Assembly (NCBI GenBank): GCA_963771885.1
Contig: CAVYVF010000023.1
Span: forward strand, 128,001 to 192,000
Reading direction: 5' to 3'
From: Candidatus Bathyarchaeota archaeon
Lineage (GTDB): Archaea > Thermoproteota > Bathyarchaeia > TCS64
DNA: 64,000 nt
Below are positions 18,056 through 29,044 of this stretch, one piece after another (the stretch's first letter is position 1; every line of letters starts with the position of its first letter). The position numbers and the translations under genes are program-made. Under the pieces are notes generated by a model. The model searched no databases and was not told the DNA's origin. It saw only the letters and a list, made by a program, of their open reading frames with translations.

Positions 18056-20740
18056 ATGCCTCCGCTGGTGCTGACGATGGGTCTCGCCGACGCCTCAAGG
18101 ACGGACGTGGCGCGCGTCGGCGGAAAAGCGGCAAACCTAGGCGAACTCATCAACCAAGACTTCCCCATCCCAGGCGGATTCGTTGTCACCACAGACGCCT
18201 ACGCTCTCTTCGCCGAGGAGAACAATCTACAAACCACCATAAACGCCGAGCTCGCCATGATCGACTTCGAGAACCCCGACTCCGTCGATGAACACGCCGC
18301 CAAGATAAGAGCGGCGGTAGAATCTGCCCACATCCCAGAGGCGCTTGCCACAGAGATCGAGGTACACTACACTAGGATGGGTAGAACGCCAGTCGCAGTC
18401 AGATCATCATCTACTGCCGAAGACCTTGCCTCAGCCAGCTTCGCCGGTCAGCTCGAGACTTACCTGAACATCAAGGGTTGCAAGAGCATAGCCGAGGCTG
18501 TGAAGAGGTGCTACGCCTCCCTTTGGTCCGGAAGGGTGCTCGCCTACGCAAAGCGCAGCGGCCTCGACGCCAAAGACGCCAAGATGGCTGTCCTCGTCCA
18601 GCATATGGTTCCTTCAAGGAGCGCCGGCGTCATGTTCACTGTCAGTCCCCTTAGCACAGACGGCTCCGAGTTTCTCATAGAATCCACGCTCGGGCTCGGC
18701 GAGGCACTGGTGTCTGGAGTTGCGACCCCGGACAAGTATGTCCTCGGCAGGAACTGGGACGGGACGTTCAGGATGCTAGCCAAGGAAATCAGTGCCAAGG
18801 GCAAGATGGCCCGCGCTTTCAAGGGAGGCGTCGAATACGTCGACCTCACTCCCGCCGAGGGATCACAGCCGAGCCTAACCGATGAACAGGCGCTCAGCCT
18901 CGCCTCCCTTGGCGAGAAGATAGAGACACGCATGGGAACACCTCAGGACATAGAGTGGGCGATAGGTGATGACGATCAGCTATTCATTCTTCAGTCTCGC
19001 CCAATCACGACCATCCGAGCCGAGAACCCTGACGAGATTGTTTGGACGCGGGGGTACAGCGACGACTACTGGAATGACCCGGTTACACCCCTCTACTTCG
19101 AGCTACTCGGCGACCACATCACTCAGTATGTGAACGTCGAGCTCAACGAGATAATGGGATATAAGAGCCTCGACACTCCGAAAACAAGGCAGCTCCTCAA
19201 GCTCCACAAGGCGCACGCGTACTTCAACCTCGAGGTCCTCAAGCGGAAGGTAGAGAACGAGATACCCCCATTCCTTAGGAACGACGACGTGCTAAATTAC
19301 TTCCCCGAAGGCTCAAGCCCCTACGGGAAGGATGTGATGAGGGGGTTACGCTTCAACATCACGGGGAGGTTGCTCGCGGAGATTCGGGTCGCGCTAAATG
19401 ACCCAAATGGTGGTGGGGGGAGAACGGATAAAGCGTATGTCGCGTGGAGTGACTCCACGTTTGATCCTTTCTTCGCCGTCTTCCCCGCCCGCATGGAGGT
19501 GTTGGATGGTAAGCCGCTCTCGGATTACGTCGCCCTCGCGGACGAGATTCATGACCTCATGATCGGCCACTACCGCCTCGTACGCTATGGCATACCTGTC
19601 CACAACATCGGCATGAACCTGCTAACTCAGTATCTCCTCGCGCGCTTCCTTGGTGCCGAGGAGGGGCGTCGGGTTTACCCGATACTAGTCTCTGGCCTCA
19701 GGGACAAGACGAGGGAGACGAACGAGCGGATCGGGGAGCTAGCCACTGCCGTCAGGGCGTCCCCCGATCTCCAGAAACTGATCATCTCCAAGCCCTCGCC
19801 GAAGCTCTACGCACTCATCTCATCTTCCAAACTACCCGAGGTATCGGACTTTAAACAACTGTTCGACGCATTCATCGCCGAGTATGGTGCTAGGGGATTC
19901 ACACGTGAAGCCTACTACCCGCGCTGGGGAGACGAGCCCGCCTACGTCTTCGACATCCTCAAGTCACTGGTCTCAGGCGAGGCGGTGGACACTACTGCTG
20001 CGAGGGAGAGAAGCGCTAATGTGAGGCAGGAAACCGAAACGAACGTCAGAAAACAGATCAACGGCCAATTCTTAGGTTTCGCTAAGTGGGCGCTATTCTC
20101 TAACATACTTGGGATGGCCCGCCGTTACATAGTCTTCAGGGAGAAGCAGCGTTTCAACCTCGACAGATGGATAACAATGGTGCGAAGACTCCACCTAGTT
20201 GTCGGGGCGCGGCTCGTGGAGGACAGGGTGCTTCGTTCCGCCTCGGATGTCTTCTTCCTCACGAAAGCGGAGCTTAGAGACATCGCAAACGGAGCTGTAT
20301 TCACCGATGTGTTGACTACAGTCGTCTCTAGGAAAACGGAGTTCGAAAAGTACGAGAATGCTACGCCCCCCAAGTTCCTACATGGAGATAGAGAATTCAA
20401 TGACCCTCCGCCCGAAGGCCTCGACAACTTCAAGGGCATTCCCGCCAGCCAAGGCGTGCTCACCGCTACTGTCAGGGTCCTCGACGGTATAGAGAATATC
20501 TGGCAGGTACAGACTGGTGAGATACTCGTCGTCCCACGCACAGATCCGGGGTGGACACCCGTCTTCAGCAAAATCGGCGGCCTCATCACGGAGACCGGGG
20601 GAATACTCAGCCACGGAGCTGTCGTCAGTAGGGAGTATGGCATCCCAGCCGTCACGAACATTCCCGGCGCGTGTAGGCGATTCAAGACGGGACAAAGAGT
20701 AACAATAGACGGGGTCAAGGGGGAGGTAACCGTTGAATAA
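18056..20740 (+). CDS. PEP-utilising phosphotransferase/ligase of RPH/PigC architecture
   Basis: ATP-grasp VGGKAANL, AVRSS.TAED...SFAGQ, QDIEWA, LQSRPIT; central domain; C-terminal phospho-His swivel TDPGWTP...GGILSHGAVVSREYGIPAV; no pyruvate-binding TIM barrel. Confidence 0.88.
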   Translation: MPPLVLTMGLADASRTDVARVGGKAANLGELINQDFPIPGGFVVTTDAYALFAEENNLQTTINAELAMIDFENPDSVDEHAAKIRAAVESAHIPEALATEIEVHYTRMGRTPVAVRSSSTAEDLASASFAGQLETYLNIKGCKSIAEAVKRCYASLWSGRVLAYAKRSGLDAKDAKMAVLVQHMVPSRSAGVMFTVSPLSTDGSEFLIESTLGLGEALVSGVATPDKYVLGRNWDGTFRMLAKEISAKGKMARAFKGGVEYVDLTPAEGSQPSLTDEQALSLASLGEKIETRMGTPQDIEWAIGDDDQLFILQSRPITTIRAENPDEIVWTRGYSDDYWNDPVTPLYFELLGDHITQYVNVELNEIMGYKSLDTPKTRQLLKLHKAHAYFNLEVLKRKVENEIPPFLRNDDVLNYFPEGSSPYGKDVMRGLRFNITGRLLAEIRVALNDPNGGGGRTDKAYVAWSDSTFDPFFAVFPARMEVLDGKPLSDYVALADEIHDLMIGHYRLVRYGIPVHNIGMNLLTQYLLARFLGAEEGRRVYPILVSGLRDKTRETNERIGELATAVRASPDLQKLIISKPSPKLYALISSSKLPEVSDFKQLFDAFIAEYGARGFTREAYYPRWGDEPAYVFDILKSLVSGEAVDTTAARERSANVRQETETNVRKQINGQFLGFAKWALFSNILGMARRYIVFREKQRFNLDRWITMVRRLHLVVGARLVEDRVLRSASDVFFLTKAELRDIANGAVFTDVLTTVVSRKTEFEKYENATPPKFLHGDREFNDPPPEGLDNFKGIPASQGVLTATVRVLDGIENIWQVQTGEILVVPRTDPGWTPVFSKIGGLITETGGILSHGAVVSREYGIPAVTNIPGACRRFKTGQRVTIDGVKGEVTVE

Positions 20741-21725
20741 CAAAATGGAACCGTTGATACACAAACCCGGGGTGCACCGGGAGTGGAACGAGAGTTACTA
20801 CCTCTGCTTCAGCGACAGGTTGAATAGTATAAGTGGAATGACTCGCCTCGGATTCAAACCAAACAAGCAAGAGGCGACGACGTTCTTTCTCCTATTTCTC
20901 CCGGATGGCTCCGTCGCTGGTTTCCAAGCCGCGGAGAAGATGAGCGGACCCATAGATCACCTCAGAGTCGCGGGAATGACACATGAAAGGCGCCCCGACG
21001 GCTCGTGGCACTACACATTCCAAGGCATGATGGCCGTTGTTAAGAATCCCGCCGACTTTCCAAAGATCAGGGAGAAACCAACCCTTATCACCGCGATGCT
21101 CCCCACCACGATGCGCCTAGCGTTTCACCCAATCCAGCCTACATACGAGTATAGCGAGAACATGACCCCAGAGTCACTAGAGATCGGTAAGAAGAGTGGC
21201 GACGAACACTGGGAGCAGATGGCGAAGATAGAAGGCGAGCTCAAGGTGGGGGACAGTGTGTATACCCTTCGCAACGTCCTCGGGGAGCGCGACCACACAC
21301 ACGGTGTCCGCGACTGGACGGGAATAGGCAACTGGATCTACTATGTAGTCTGGTTCAACGATCACCTCGCCATTAACCCGGCAGCCATCGTCCTCGACGA
21401 TGGACGAATCAGCGTCGGCGGCTACATATGGAAAGACGGCGAGAATACTCCACTTGTCGGGTTCAGGATATTAGACCAACAGTTCATTGACAGCGTAGTT
21501 CCAGTGAGCTCGGTTCTTGAACTGACAGATAAGAAGGGAGTTATACACGTCTTAAGGGGGAGGGCAGGCCCCGTCGTGCCTTTACCATTCGTTGATGAGA
21601 AGGGCGGGATCTCCGTCCTTGCGCAGAGCTTCGGCGAGTATGAACTCGACGGCGTCAAGGGGGGTTACGGTACATACGAGACGCTAAGGTCGCAAGGTCT
21701 TAGGTTTGTGTGTAGTACCTCATGA
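20733..21725 (+). CDS. AttH/tocopherol-cyclase/lipocalin-like beta-rich protein
   Basis: EWNESYYLCF, HWEQ...GELKVG, GERDHTHGVRDW; overlaps the upstream stop. Confidence 0.65.
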   Translation: MNNKMEPLIHKPGVHREWNESYYLCFSDRLNSISGMTRLGFKPNKQEATTFFLLFLPDGSVAGFQAAEKMSGPIDHLRVAGMTHERRPDGSWHYTFQGMMAVVKNPADFPKIREKPTLITAMLPTTMRLAFHPIQPTYEYSENMTPESLEIGKKSGDEHWEQMAKIEGELKVGDSVYTLRNVLGERDHTHGVRDWTGIGNWIYYVVWFNDHLAINPAAIVLDDGRISVGGYIWKDGENTPLVGFRILDQQFIDSVVPVSSVLELTDKKGVIHVLRGRAGPVVPLPFVDEKGGISVLAQSFGEYELDGVKGGYGTYETLRSQGLRFVCSTS

Positions 21726-23371
21726 GTAGACGCGTGACGTCTATCCCCGAGATGATTCCGGTGAGGTGCCCCTCCGCGTCGACGACGAAGCAATGGTCTT
21801 CCTTCTTCTCCACCATCTCGCCGATTACGCCCATAATAAGGGTCCCCTCACCATAGACCAGGGGATTCCGCAGCTCCGCCGTATTCAATGGCTTATCTAG
21901 GGCAGTCTTTGAGAGGAAGGCGAGGCTCTCAAGGGTCACATAGCCCACCATCCTCCCCTCGGAGTCCACGACTGGGAGGAGCCTAAAGCTCGTCTGCCCG
22001 AAGGCGTCCATCGCCTCTCTGACGGTTATATCAGCGTGAAGGTGAATGGGGTTCGGCGTCGCCACCGACTTCGCCGTGATCTTCTCAAGCTCCTTCGGCC
22101 GGCTCCTCATAACCTTGTAGTAGAAGCGCTCGAGGGCGAGTTCCTCCTCACCCACCTTGTTCGCAGGTTGGATAGGGTAGAAAGGCACGGCGCCGGAGAC
22201 GAAGAAGCAGACGACCGTCGCGAGTATGATGGGGATGAGGTTCGGTGCACCGTAGACCTCGGCTATGAACACTATCGGAGTCAGCATCATCTTATGCACT
22301 CCAGCGCTGAAGGAAGCCATACCCATGAGGACGAAGAGGGGAGTCAGCGACGGCATCAGTAGGGAACCTATAAGCGCTCCCCAAGTCCCACCGAGGAGCA
22401 ACGTGGGTAGGAAAAGCCCCCCGGTGCCACCAAAGTTCATCGTGACACTAGTCGACAATATTCGCAGCAAGAACACAGCGGCGAGGACAATACTGACGCC
22501 CCCGCCGAGCAGGGTGAACATCTGGTAACCAGGGCCCACCGCCTGCGGAGAGAGGTAACCAATGCCCCCGAGTGCAAAGCCTCCGAGAAGCAGCATCAAC
22601 GGGTAGCCGCCTCTGACGATTAGCTGCTTCGCTAGCCTCTCGCAAGCCGAATAAACACCGGTGAAGGCTATGACTACGGCACCCGTCCCCAATCCGAAGA
22701 CCATCGAGACGGGAAGCCAGTATAGAGGCAGCGCCGCCACCTCAAGCTCGACCGCGGGGATGAGGCTTTGGGCGCCGAGGCCTGCGGAGACTAGGTACGC
22801 TGTCGAGCTGGCGATAGCCGCTTCGATGAAGGACTCCTTCTCGAGGTCCCTTCTGTAGGGGAGCTCGAGGGCGAAGAGGAGCCCAGTGAGGGGCGTTTTG
22901 AAGCTCGCTGAGAACCCGGCGGCGACGCCAATCATCAATGCCTTGCTCGCCTCCATTCTCAACTTGAGTACCTTGTTCAGCCAGTTGGAGAAGCCACCCG
23001 AGATGACTGTGGACGGCCCCTCGGGACCCGCGGAGCCACCGAATATCGCTGTGGCGAGGCCTGACGCCGTCTTTACGAGCGCCTCACGAGGCATCATGCC
23101 ACTCGGCGTCAGGTGGAAGACCTCGAGTATCATGTGGAAACTGCTCTTAGGCGTCCTATACCAGGCGAGGAGATGGATTAGGAAGTAGCTCAGAACTAGC
23201 CCCGTGAAGGGGAAGACGAAGAAGAGGGTCGGGTTCTTTAAAGCGTCCCTGTAAAAGATCTCCCAGCTATAGTAGACTAGGTCGTTGATGGCGGAGGCTG
23301 CGATCCCCGCGACGACGCCAGTTGCGATGGGGAGGAGCCACCATGAAAAGTTCGCGCGACGCGTAGCCCAT
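21700..23371 (-). CDS. CLC-family chloride channel/transporter with CBS pair (start ambiguous)
   Basis: GSAGPEGP, GVAAGFSASFKTPLTG, GGTGGLFLP, two CBS domains; frame stays open 77 codons upstream of the track start. Confidence 0.88.
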
Positions 23372-23429
23372 CAACCCTTATTAATCCTGTGAGATTAACG
23401 CAGGTATCTGAGTAGGGGTAAATTAAAAC

Positions 23430-24710
23430 TTGGCGGAGAAGTTCTCGATGCCGCGCTGGCTCTACGCCATCATTCCCTTCTACGCGATACAGAGCTGCAT
23501 CGGCACATACGTCACGCTCCGCATCCTCGACCTCGGGGGCAGCGTGATAAGCATCGGCCTCGCCTCATCCGCTTACAACATCGTCTTAATCCCCTCCGCC
23601 TTCATTGGGGGTAGGCTCGCGGACTACCTCGGGAAGCGCAGGCCGCTCCTCGCTCTGAGCGCCGTAGGGCAGCTTCTAACACTGAGCCTCATCGCCATGA
23701 GCACCGACGTCAACCTCATGATCGGCTTCTACGCGGTCTATAGCTTCTTCAGCAGCTTGAGCCCGACGGTCTTCAGCTTACTGCTGATGGATACGGTGGC
23801 GAAGGAGAACCTTGGGGAGGGGAGCGCACTGAGCTTCAAGTACATGATCTACGGGAGCCTCGCTGGGAACGCCCTCGGGTTCATCGTGCTCACATCCCTG
23901 CCCCTGACCGCTGTGGCATTGCTCCCGATAGCCTTCAGCTCGATCCTGCTCGTACTATCACTGATCCTGGTGAAGGACGCTAAGGCAACGACGGAGAGGC
24001 AGGCAATCGCCTTCAACGCGGATGCCCTCATAGCGCGTCTCACCCACCTCCCAGTGCTGCTCCTCAAGACCCCGAAGGTGGAGGACGTCAAGGGACTCGT
24101 AAGCGATGCCCGCAGCGCGATGACGAGGGACATACCCCTCATCATGGTGACGAACGCCCTCTTTTTCCTCGGAGCCAACCTCTTCTTCACAAGCTACACC
24201 CCCTTCCTCAAGGCGAATAGCCTCACCTACCTCGAGATCACCGGTTTGAACATCTTCATCACATGTATAAACGGCCTCGCGAGCACGAAGAGGTTCAGTG
24301 GCTTCAGCAAGAAGGGAGACCCTGGGATGGTCGTTGAGTTCATGTCGCTGCGTGCCATCGCGTTCCTCTTCGCGGCGATAGAGAGCCTCTACTTCTTCGG
24401 CCACGACGTCCTCTACGTGACGCTCCTACTCTACCTCCTCATCGGGATGGCGTACACGAACATCACAATCGGGATGAACGCGCTCCTCTACAGGTTCCTG
24501 CCGAAGGAGGGACAGGGCGGGACGCTCGGCATCTACAGTGCCATAGGGAGCGTCGCCATGTTCCTCGGCAGCTTCCTCAGCGGTAACATCAGCTTCTTCT
24601 TCGGTTACTCCGTGACGTTCCTCCTCAGCAGTATGGCACTATTCGGAGCCGCGAGCCTCTTCGAGTGGCACTTCAAGCCCCTTCGCACGGTGGATGAGGA
24701 GCCAATCTAG
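23430..24710 (+). CDS. MFS transporter
   Basis: GRLADYLGKRR motif A, about 12 TM segments. Confidence 0.88.
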   Translation: MAEKFSMPRWLYAIIPFYAIQSCIGTYVTLRILDLGGSVISIGLASSAYNIVLIPSAFIGGRLADYLGKRRPLLALSAVGQLLTLSLIAMSTDVNLMIGFYAVYSFFSSLSPTVFSLLLMDTVAKENLGEGSALSFKYMIYGSLAGNALGFIVLTSLPLTAVALLPIAFSSILLVLSLILVKDAKATTERQAIAFNADALIARLTHLPVLLLKTPKVEDVKGLVSDARSAMTRDIPLIMVTNALFFLGANLFFTSYTPFLKANSLTYLEITGLNIFITCINGLASTKRFSGFSKKGDPGMVVEFMSLRAIAFLFAAIESLYFFGHDVLYVTLLLYLLIGMAYTNITIGMNALLYRFLPKEGQGGTLGIYSAIGSVAMFLGSFLSGNISFFFGYSVTFLLSSMALFGAASLFEWHFKPLRTVDEEPI

Positions 24711-24740
24711 TCTTCGAGAACCTCTTTCCCGCATCTTATT

Positions 24741-25640
24741 TTATGATGCGCTCAGCTTCAGGGTTAGTTCCGCCAAGACGCCGGATGGTCCGATTAGGCA
24801 TATATAACCCGACGCTTCTACGGCCTTGACGAGTTCTCTGAATCGAAGCGCCTGTGGGACGTTCGACTTGTCGGAGTCGAACCAGAGGTCGATCTTCGAC
24901 TCCCCGCCATCGGCCGCTGTAAGGCGGAAGATGAAGGGGTAGTTCCTGTGCTCGGTCGAGAGGAGGAGGCGGCCACCGTCTGCATCGATAAGGCGCATGA
25001 GTGCACCTTCGAACGAGGTAACACCGCACACGAGATCGACTGGGACGACCTTTCGGCTAGGCTTCAGCGCGGGGGCGTCGGTCTCCTCGTCCTCCAGTCC
25101 CTCGGCGGCGAACAGGTTGAGCCCGTCGCAGAAGATCGTGTGAGCGTCCAGTGTGAGACGGGAGCTCCACATGCCTCTGGGCCAGTTGGAGACTATGCCG
25201 GCGAGGCGCTTCACAGTTTCGAATCTGCCGCCCCCGGGCTCATCGTTAGTGAAGTTTCGGAGGAGTTGGATCATCCGGTCTGTGAGGTCATCGAGGACAT
25301 GGCTCATGCTATCCAGGCTTTCTGCATAGTATCCCCTGACGCCTCTCGGGAGCGACGGAGGCATCTCGACATCCCTGCTGATGACGCAGATGTGCATCCA
25401 CGACTTGGGTTCGGTGGATGAGCCAGCCCAATGCATGGCGGAACCCATTAGCCCCGCGGAGTCCTCTACGACGGCGAAGGTAAAGACCGGCTTCTGACCG
25501 GGGTTCAGTATCCACGCCGCATCGGCTACGGCTCCATCCTCGGGGCTGATATAGCCTGCCTCGGAATGAAAACCGAGTCTGACGCCCTCATCGATGAGCC
25601 ATGTGACAATTCTAGCCTTGTCGTTGGGGGCGTCCGTCGT
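24741..25640 (-). CDS. hypothetical protein (start uncertain)
   Basis: Frame open 64 codons upstream of the track start with coding-like sequence (DKARIVTWLIDEGVRLGF...). Confidence 0.6.
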   Translation of the reverse strand, partial: TTDAPNDKARIVTWLIDEGVRLGFHSEAGYISPEDGAVADAAWILNPGQKPVFTFAVVEDSAGLMGSAMHWAGSSTEPKSWMHICVISRDVEMPPSLPRGVRGYYAESLDSMSHVLDDLTDRMIQLLRNFTNDEPGGGRFETVKRLAGIVSNWPRGMWSSRLTLDAHTIFCDGLNLFAAEGLEDEETDAPALKPSRKVVPVDLVCGVTSFEGALMRLIDADGGRLLLSTEHRNYPFIFRLTAADGGESKIDLWFDSDKSNVPQALRFRELVKAVEASGYICLIGPSGVLAELTLKLSAS

Positions 25641-25644
25641 CGAT

Positions 25645-26469
25645 TCACCTGTACCCTGCGGCGAGGTGCGTCCACTCGTCGGATGTGAGGCGCCAGCCGA
25701 AGGCGCCGAGGAACTCCATCAGGTGGACGGGGTTCGTCGACTTGGGTATAGTGAAGACGCTCTCCTGTGCAATGAGCCAGTTGAGGGCGACCTGGACACG
25801 AGTCTTGCCGTGCGCTTTCGCGATCTCATCCATCACCGGGTTGGGGGTCTGAAGTATCGCGCCCCGCTCCAAGGGGCGGTAGGCAACGAGGCTAACACCC
25901 ATCTTCCTGCAGGCGGGTAGCAACTCCATACGTGGCTTCTGGTCGAGGAGGCTGTACTGCACCTGGTTCGCGATCAGGCGTGTGCCTTCGAGGTAACCCT
26001 GCGCCTCCTTCATGAGTTGTGCGCTGAAGTTGCTCACGCCTATGAATCGGGTGTATCCCTCACGGACACACTCCTCCATGGCTGCCATCGTCTCTTTGAG
26101 CGGTACATCGGGGTTAGGCCAGTGGACGAGGTAGAGGTCGACCTGGTCGACGCCGAGGCGCTTGAGGCTCGCCTTCATGGAGTTGAGGAGGTCGTCCCTG
26201 TGGAGGTGATTGTGCCAGACCTTGCTGGTGATGAAGAGCGTCTTCCTATCCATGCCCTCGATTGCCTCTCCGATGAGCTCCTCGGCGTGACCCGCGCCGT
26301 AGTACTCGGCGGTGTCGAGGTGGGTGAGGCCGAGCTCGACCGCCATCCGTATCGCTGTGACGGTCTCGGAATCGCGTGCCTTGCTGGGGGTCTCCTTGCC
26401 CCCCATGCCCCAGGTGCCGAGGCCGAGCATAGGTATACTTACTCCCTTCGTTATCTCCCTATACTCCAT
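25645..26469 (-). CDS. aldo/keto reductase
   Basis: LGLGTWGMGG, LDTAEYYG, DLYLVHWP, IGVSNFS, IPKS. Confidence 0.95.
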   Translation of the reverse strand: MEYREITKGVSIPMLGLGTWGMGGKETPSKARDSETVTAIRMAVELGLTHLDTAEYYGAGHAEELIGEAIEGMDRKTLFITSKVWHNHLHRDDLLNSMKASLKRLGVDQVDLYLVHWPNPDVPLKETMAAMEECVREGYTRFIGVSNFSAQLMKEAQGYLEGTRLIANQVQYSLLDQKPRMELLPACRKMGVSLVAYRPLERGAILQTPNPVMDEIAKAHGKTRVQVALNWLIAQESVFTIPKSTNPVHLMEFLGAFGWRLTSDEWTHLAAGYR

Positions 26470-26491
26470 CAAGGTCGGCTCCCCCAACTGC

Positions 26492-27793
26492 TTAGGAGAC
26501 GAGCTTCTTCATGAAGCCCTCGTAGTCGGCAGGGGGTATCGTGGGCTTGAAGCTCTTCCTTATCTCCTTGGCGAGCTTCGCCTTGTCGTAGAGGAGGTCA
26601 ACGCAGGTGAGGGCCATAACCTTTGCGGGTAGGACGTAGGCGACCTGCTTGTCGACTATCTTGAAGTGGCGGCTGTGGCCGGCGCCGGTGCACCCGCCCA
26701 TGCCGATGCTTGTTGTGGGCATTATGCAGCTGTAGTCGCCGAGGTCGGTCGAGCCGGTGCTGTGGCCCTTGACCTTGACCTTCTTCTCGCCGACGAGGGC
26801 GTCCGCGTTCGCCTTGAGGACGGCGTCGAGTGCCGCGTCCTTGATGTAAGGCATGTAGCCGGGGTGGTCGTCTATCTCGACCTCTGCGCCGACCGCCATG
26901 GCGCCGGCGCGCAAGGCGCGGTTTACCTTGACGTTCGCGTCCTTGATCGCCTCAACGGTCTTGCCCCTTACGTAGCTCTCCATCCTGACATCAGCTGGGA
27001 CATTGTTCACGATCTCGCCGCCCTTCGTGATTATTGGGTGAACGCGTATGCTGTCCTCATCCTTGAAGGTCTCGCGCTGGGCGTGGATCGCCATGAGGCC
27101 GAGCATCGCCGCGTTAAGGGCGTTGATGCCCTTGTGAGGCGATCCGCCGGCGTGTGCCTCCTGCCCTATGTAGTGGACCATCTTCCCCACGAAGCCGTTG
27201 TTGCTGCCGCCAACGCTGAGGACCTCCTCCTTGATCTCGCTGTCTGTGTGGCTGCCGATACTGATGTCGATGTCCTTCATGTATCCTAGGCGGATGAACT
27301 CCTGCTTACCGCCGAAGAACTCTAGCTGCTTCTTCTCCCTGAGGTTGTTTCGGTAGTCGATCTCCAGGTATTCCTCAGCGGGGACTGTGAGGAGGGCGAC
27401 GTTGCCCTCGAGCTCGCCCATTACATCGTTTAGGCCGAAGCCGGCGCCTAGCATAGCCGCCATCTGTGCGTTATGTCCGCAGCTGTGGGCTGCGCCAGTG
27501 ATGGGGTCGCAGTCGGGGTGGTCGGGGACGCGGATAGCGTCTAGCTCACCGACGATGCCGACGACGGGGCCCTTGCCCTTCTTCTTGAGGTACGCCTTGG
27601 AGCCGGTGATACCGATCTTGGACTCGTAAGCCCAGCCCATCTCCTTGTACTTCTTCTCGGTGAGTTCGGCGGTCTTCCACTCCTTGAAGCCGAGCTCGGG
27701 CTTCTTCCAGATCGCCTCGCCTATGCCGATGATCTCGTCAGCGCGGGCGTCTATCGCCTCTAGTACCCTCTTCTTAACAGCGTCTTTAGACAT
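26492..27793 (-). CDS. M20D-family amidohydrolase
   Basis: PELGFKE, ELDA, HSCGHNAQ, PAEE, AHAGGSPHKGINAL, GSTDLGD. Confidence 0.92.
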   Translation of the reverse strand: MSKDAVKKRVLEAIDARADEIIGIGEAIWKKPELGFKEWKTAELTEKKYKEMGWAYESKIGITGSKAYLKKKGKGPVVGIVGELDAIRVPDHPDCDPITGAAHSCGHNAQMAAMLGAGFGLNDVMGELEGNVALLTVPAEEYLEIDYRNNLREKKQLEFFGGKQEFIRLGYMKDIDISIGSHTDSEIKEEVLSVGGSNNGFVGKMVHYIGQEAHAGGSPHKGINALNAAMLGLMAIHAQRETFKDEDSIRVHPIITKGGEIVNNVPADVRMESYVRGKTVEAIKDANVKVNRALRAGAMAVGAEVEIDDHPGYMPYIKDAALDAVLKANADALVGEKKVKVKGHSTGSTDLGDYSCIMPTTSIGMGGCTGAGHSRHFKIVDKQVAYVLPAKVMALTCVDLLYDKAKLAKEIRKSFKPTIPPADYEGFMKKLVS

Positions 27794-27897
27794 GGCTGAT
27801 AGAGGGTGCTGATCGGGATTTAACGTTGATTCGCGGTTCACCCAGAATAATTATCTAGTCGCCGGGGAATAGTCTCCCCCAACCAAGGTGTAAGCAA

Positions 27898-29041
27898 TTG
27901 AAGCTCCTAGAGTACGAGGCAAAGGAGGTCTTCAGGCGCTACGGCGTCCCCCTGGGCGCGAGCGCCGTGGCGTCGACCGCCGAGGAGGCCAGAGAAGCCT
28001 TCAGCGAAGATCAACAAGCCCATCGTCGTCAAGGCGCAGGTCGGCGTCGGAGGCAGGGGCAAGGCGGGAGGCATCAAACCCGCGGACACCCCCGAGCAGG
28101 CCTACGAGGTCGCCAAGCAGATACTCGCCATGAGGATCAAGGACCTGCCCATACGCAAGGTCCTCGTCGAGGAGAGGCTCCCCATACAGCACGAGGTCTA
28201 CCTCGGAGTCATCGTCGACAGGGCGGCTCGCTGCTACACCATACTCGCCTCGAGCGAGGGCGGTGTCAACATCGAGGAGGTCGCCGCCAAGACGCCGGAG
28301 AAGATAGTCAAGCACGCCATCGACCCTCTCAGGGGCTTCAGGAGCTACCACGCCAACGCCGTGGCGAAGCGCCTCGGCTACGGCGGCAAGAAGATGCAGC
28401 AGCTCGGCGACATCCTCCAGAGGCTCTACAAGGTGGCGTACGAGATGGACGCCGAGTTAACCGAGATCAACCCGCTCGTCGAGACCGCCGACGGCTTCAT
28501 CGCCGCCGACGCGCGCCTCAACGTCGACAACAACGCCCTCTACAGGCACAAGGAGCTAGAGGCCAAGTATCTGGAGAGCTTCGAGGGGGAGTTGACGCCC
28601 CGCGAGATGGAGGCGCGAGCAATGGATCTCACTTACGTCGAGCTGAACGGCGACATAGGAATCATCGGCAACGGTGCCGGCCTCACGATGGCTACCCTCG
28701 ACACCGTTATGCTCTACGGTGGCCACGCTGGCAACTTCCTCGACCTCGGCGGAGGCGCGAGTCCCGAGCGCATCGGCAAGGCCGTCGAGTTCGTCCTCAA
28801 GGACAGCCGCGTCAAGGCGCTTTTCGTCAACGTCCTCGGAGGCATCACCCGCTGCGACGACACAGCCAAGGGAATCATAGAGGCCCGCAGGAAGCTCAAC
28901 GACAAGAAGCCCATAGTCGTCAGGATGATGGGCACGAACGAGGAGGAGGGAAAGAGGCTCCTCCACGGCGCGGGCATAGAGACGGACGACACTATGGAGG
29001 AGGCGGCACAGAAGGCCGTCAACCTCGCGAAGGGGGCATAG
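27898..29041 (+). CDS. sucC: succinyl-CoA synthetase beta subunit (frameshift near 28003)
   Basis: MKLLEYEAK, VVKAQVGVGGRGKAGGI, EINPL, GNGAGLTMATLD, NFLDLGGG. Confidence 0.95.
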
Positions 29042-29044
29042 AAT

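Noticed and set aside
18056..20740. Calling this gene ppsA (PEP synthase)
   Set aside because: The His swivel domain is C-terminal and the PEP/pyruvate barrel is absent.
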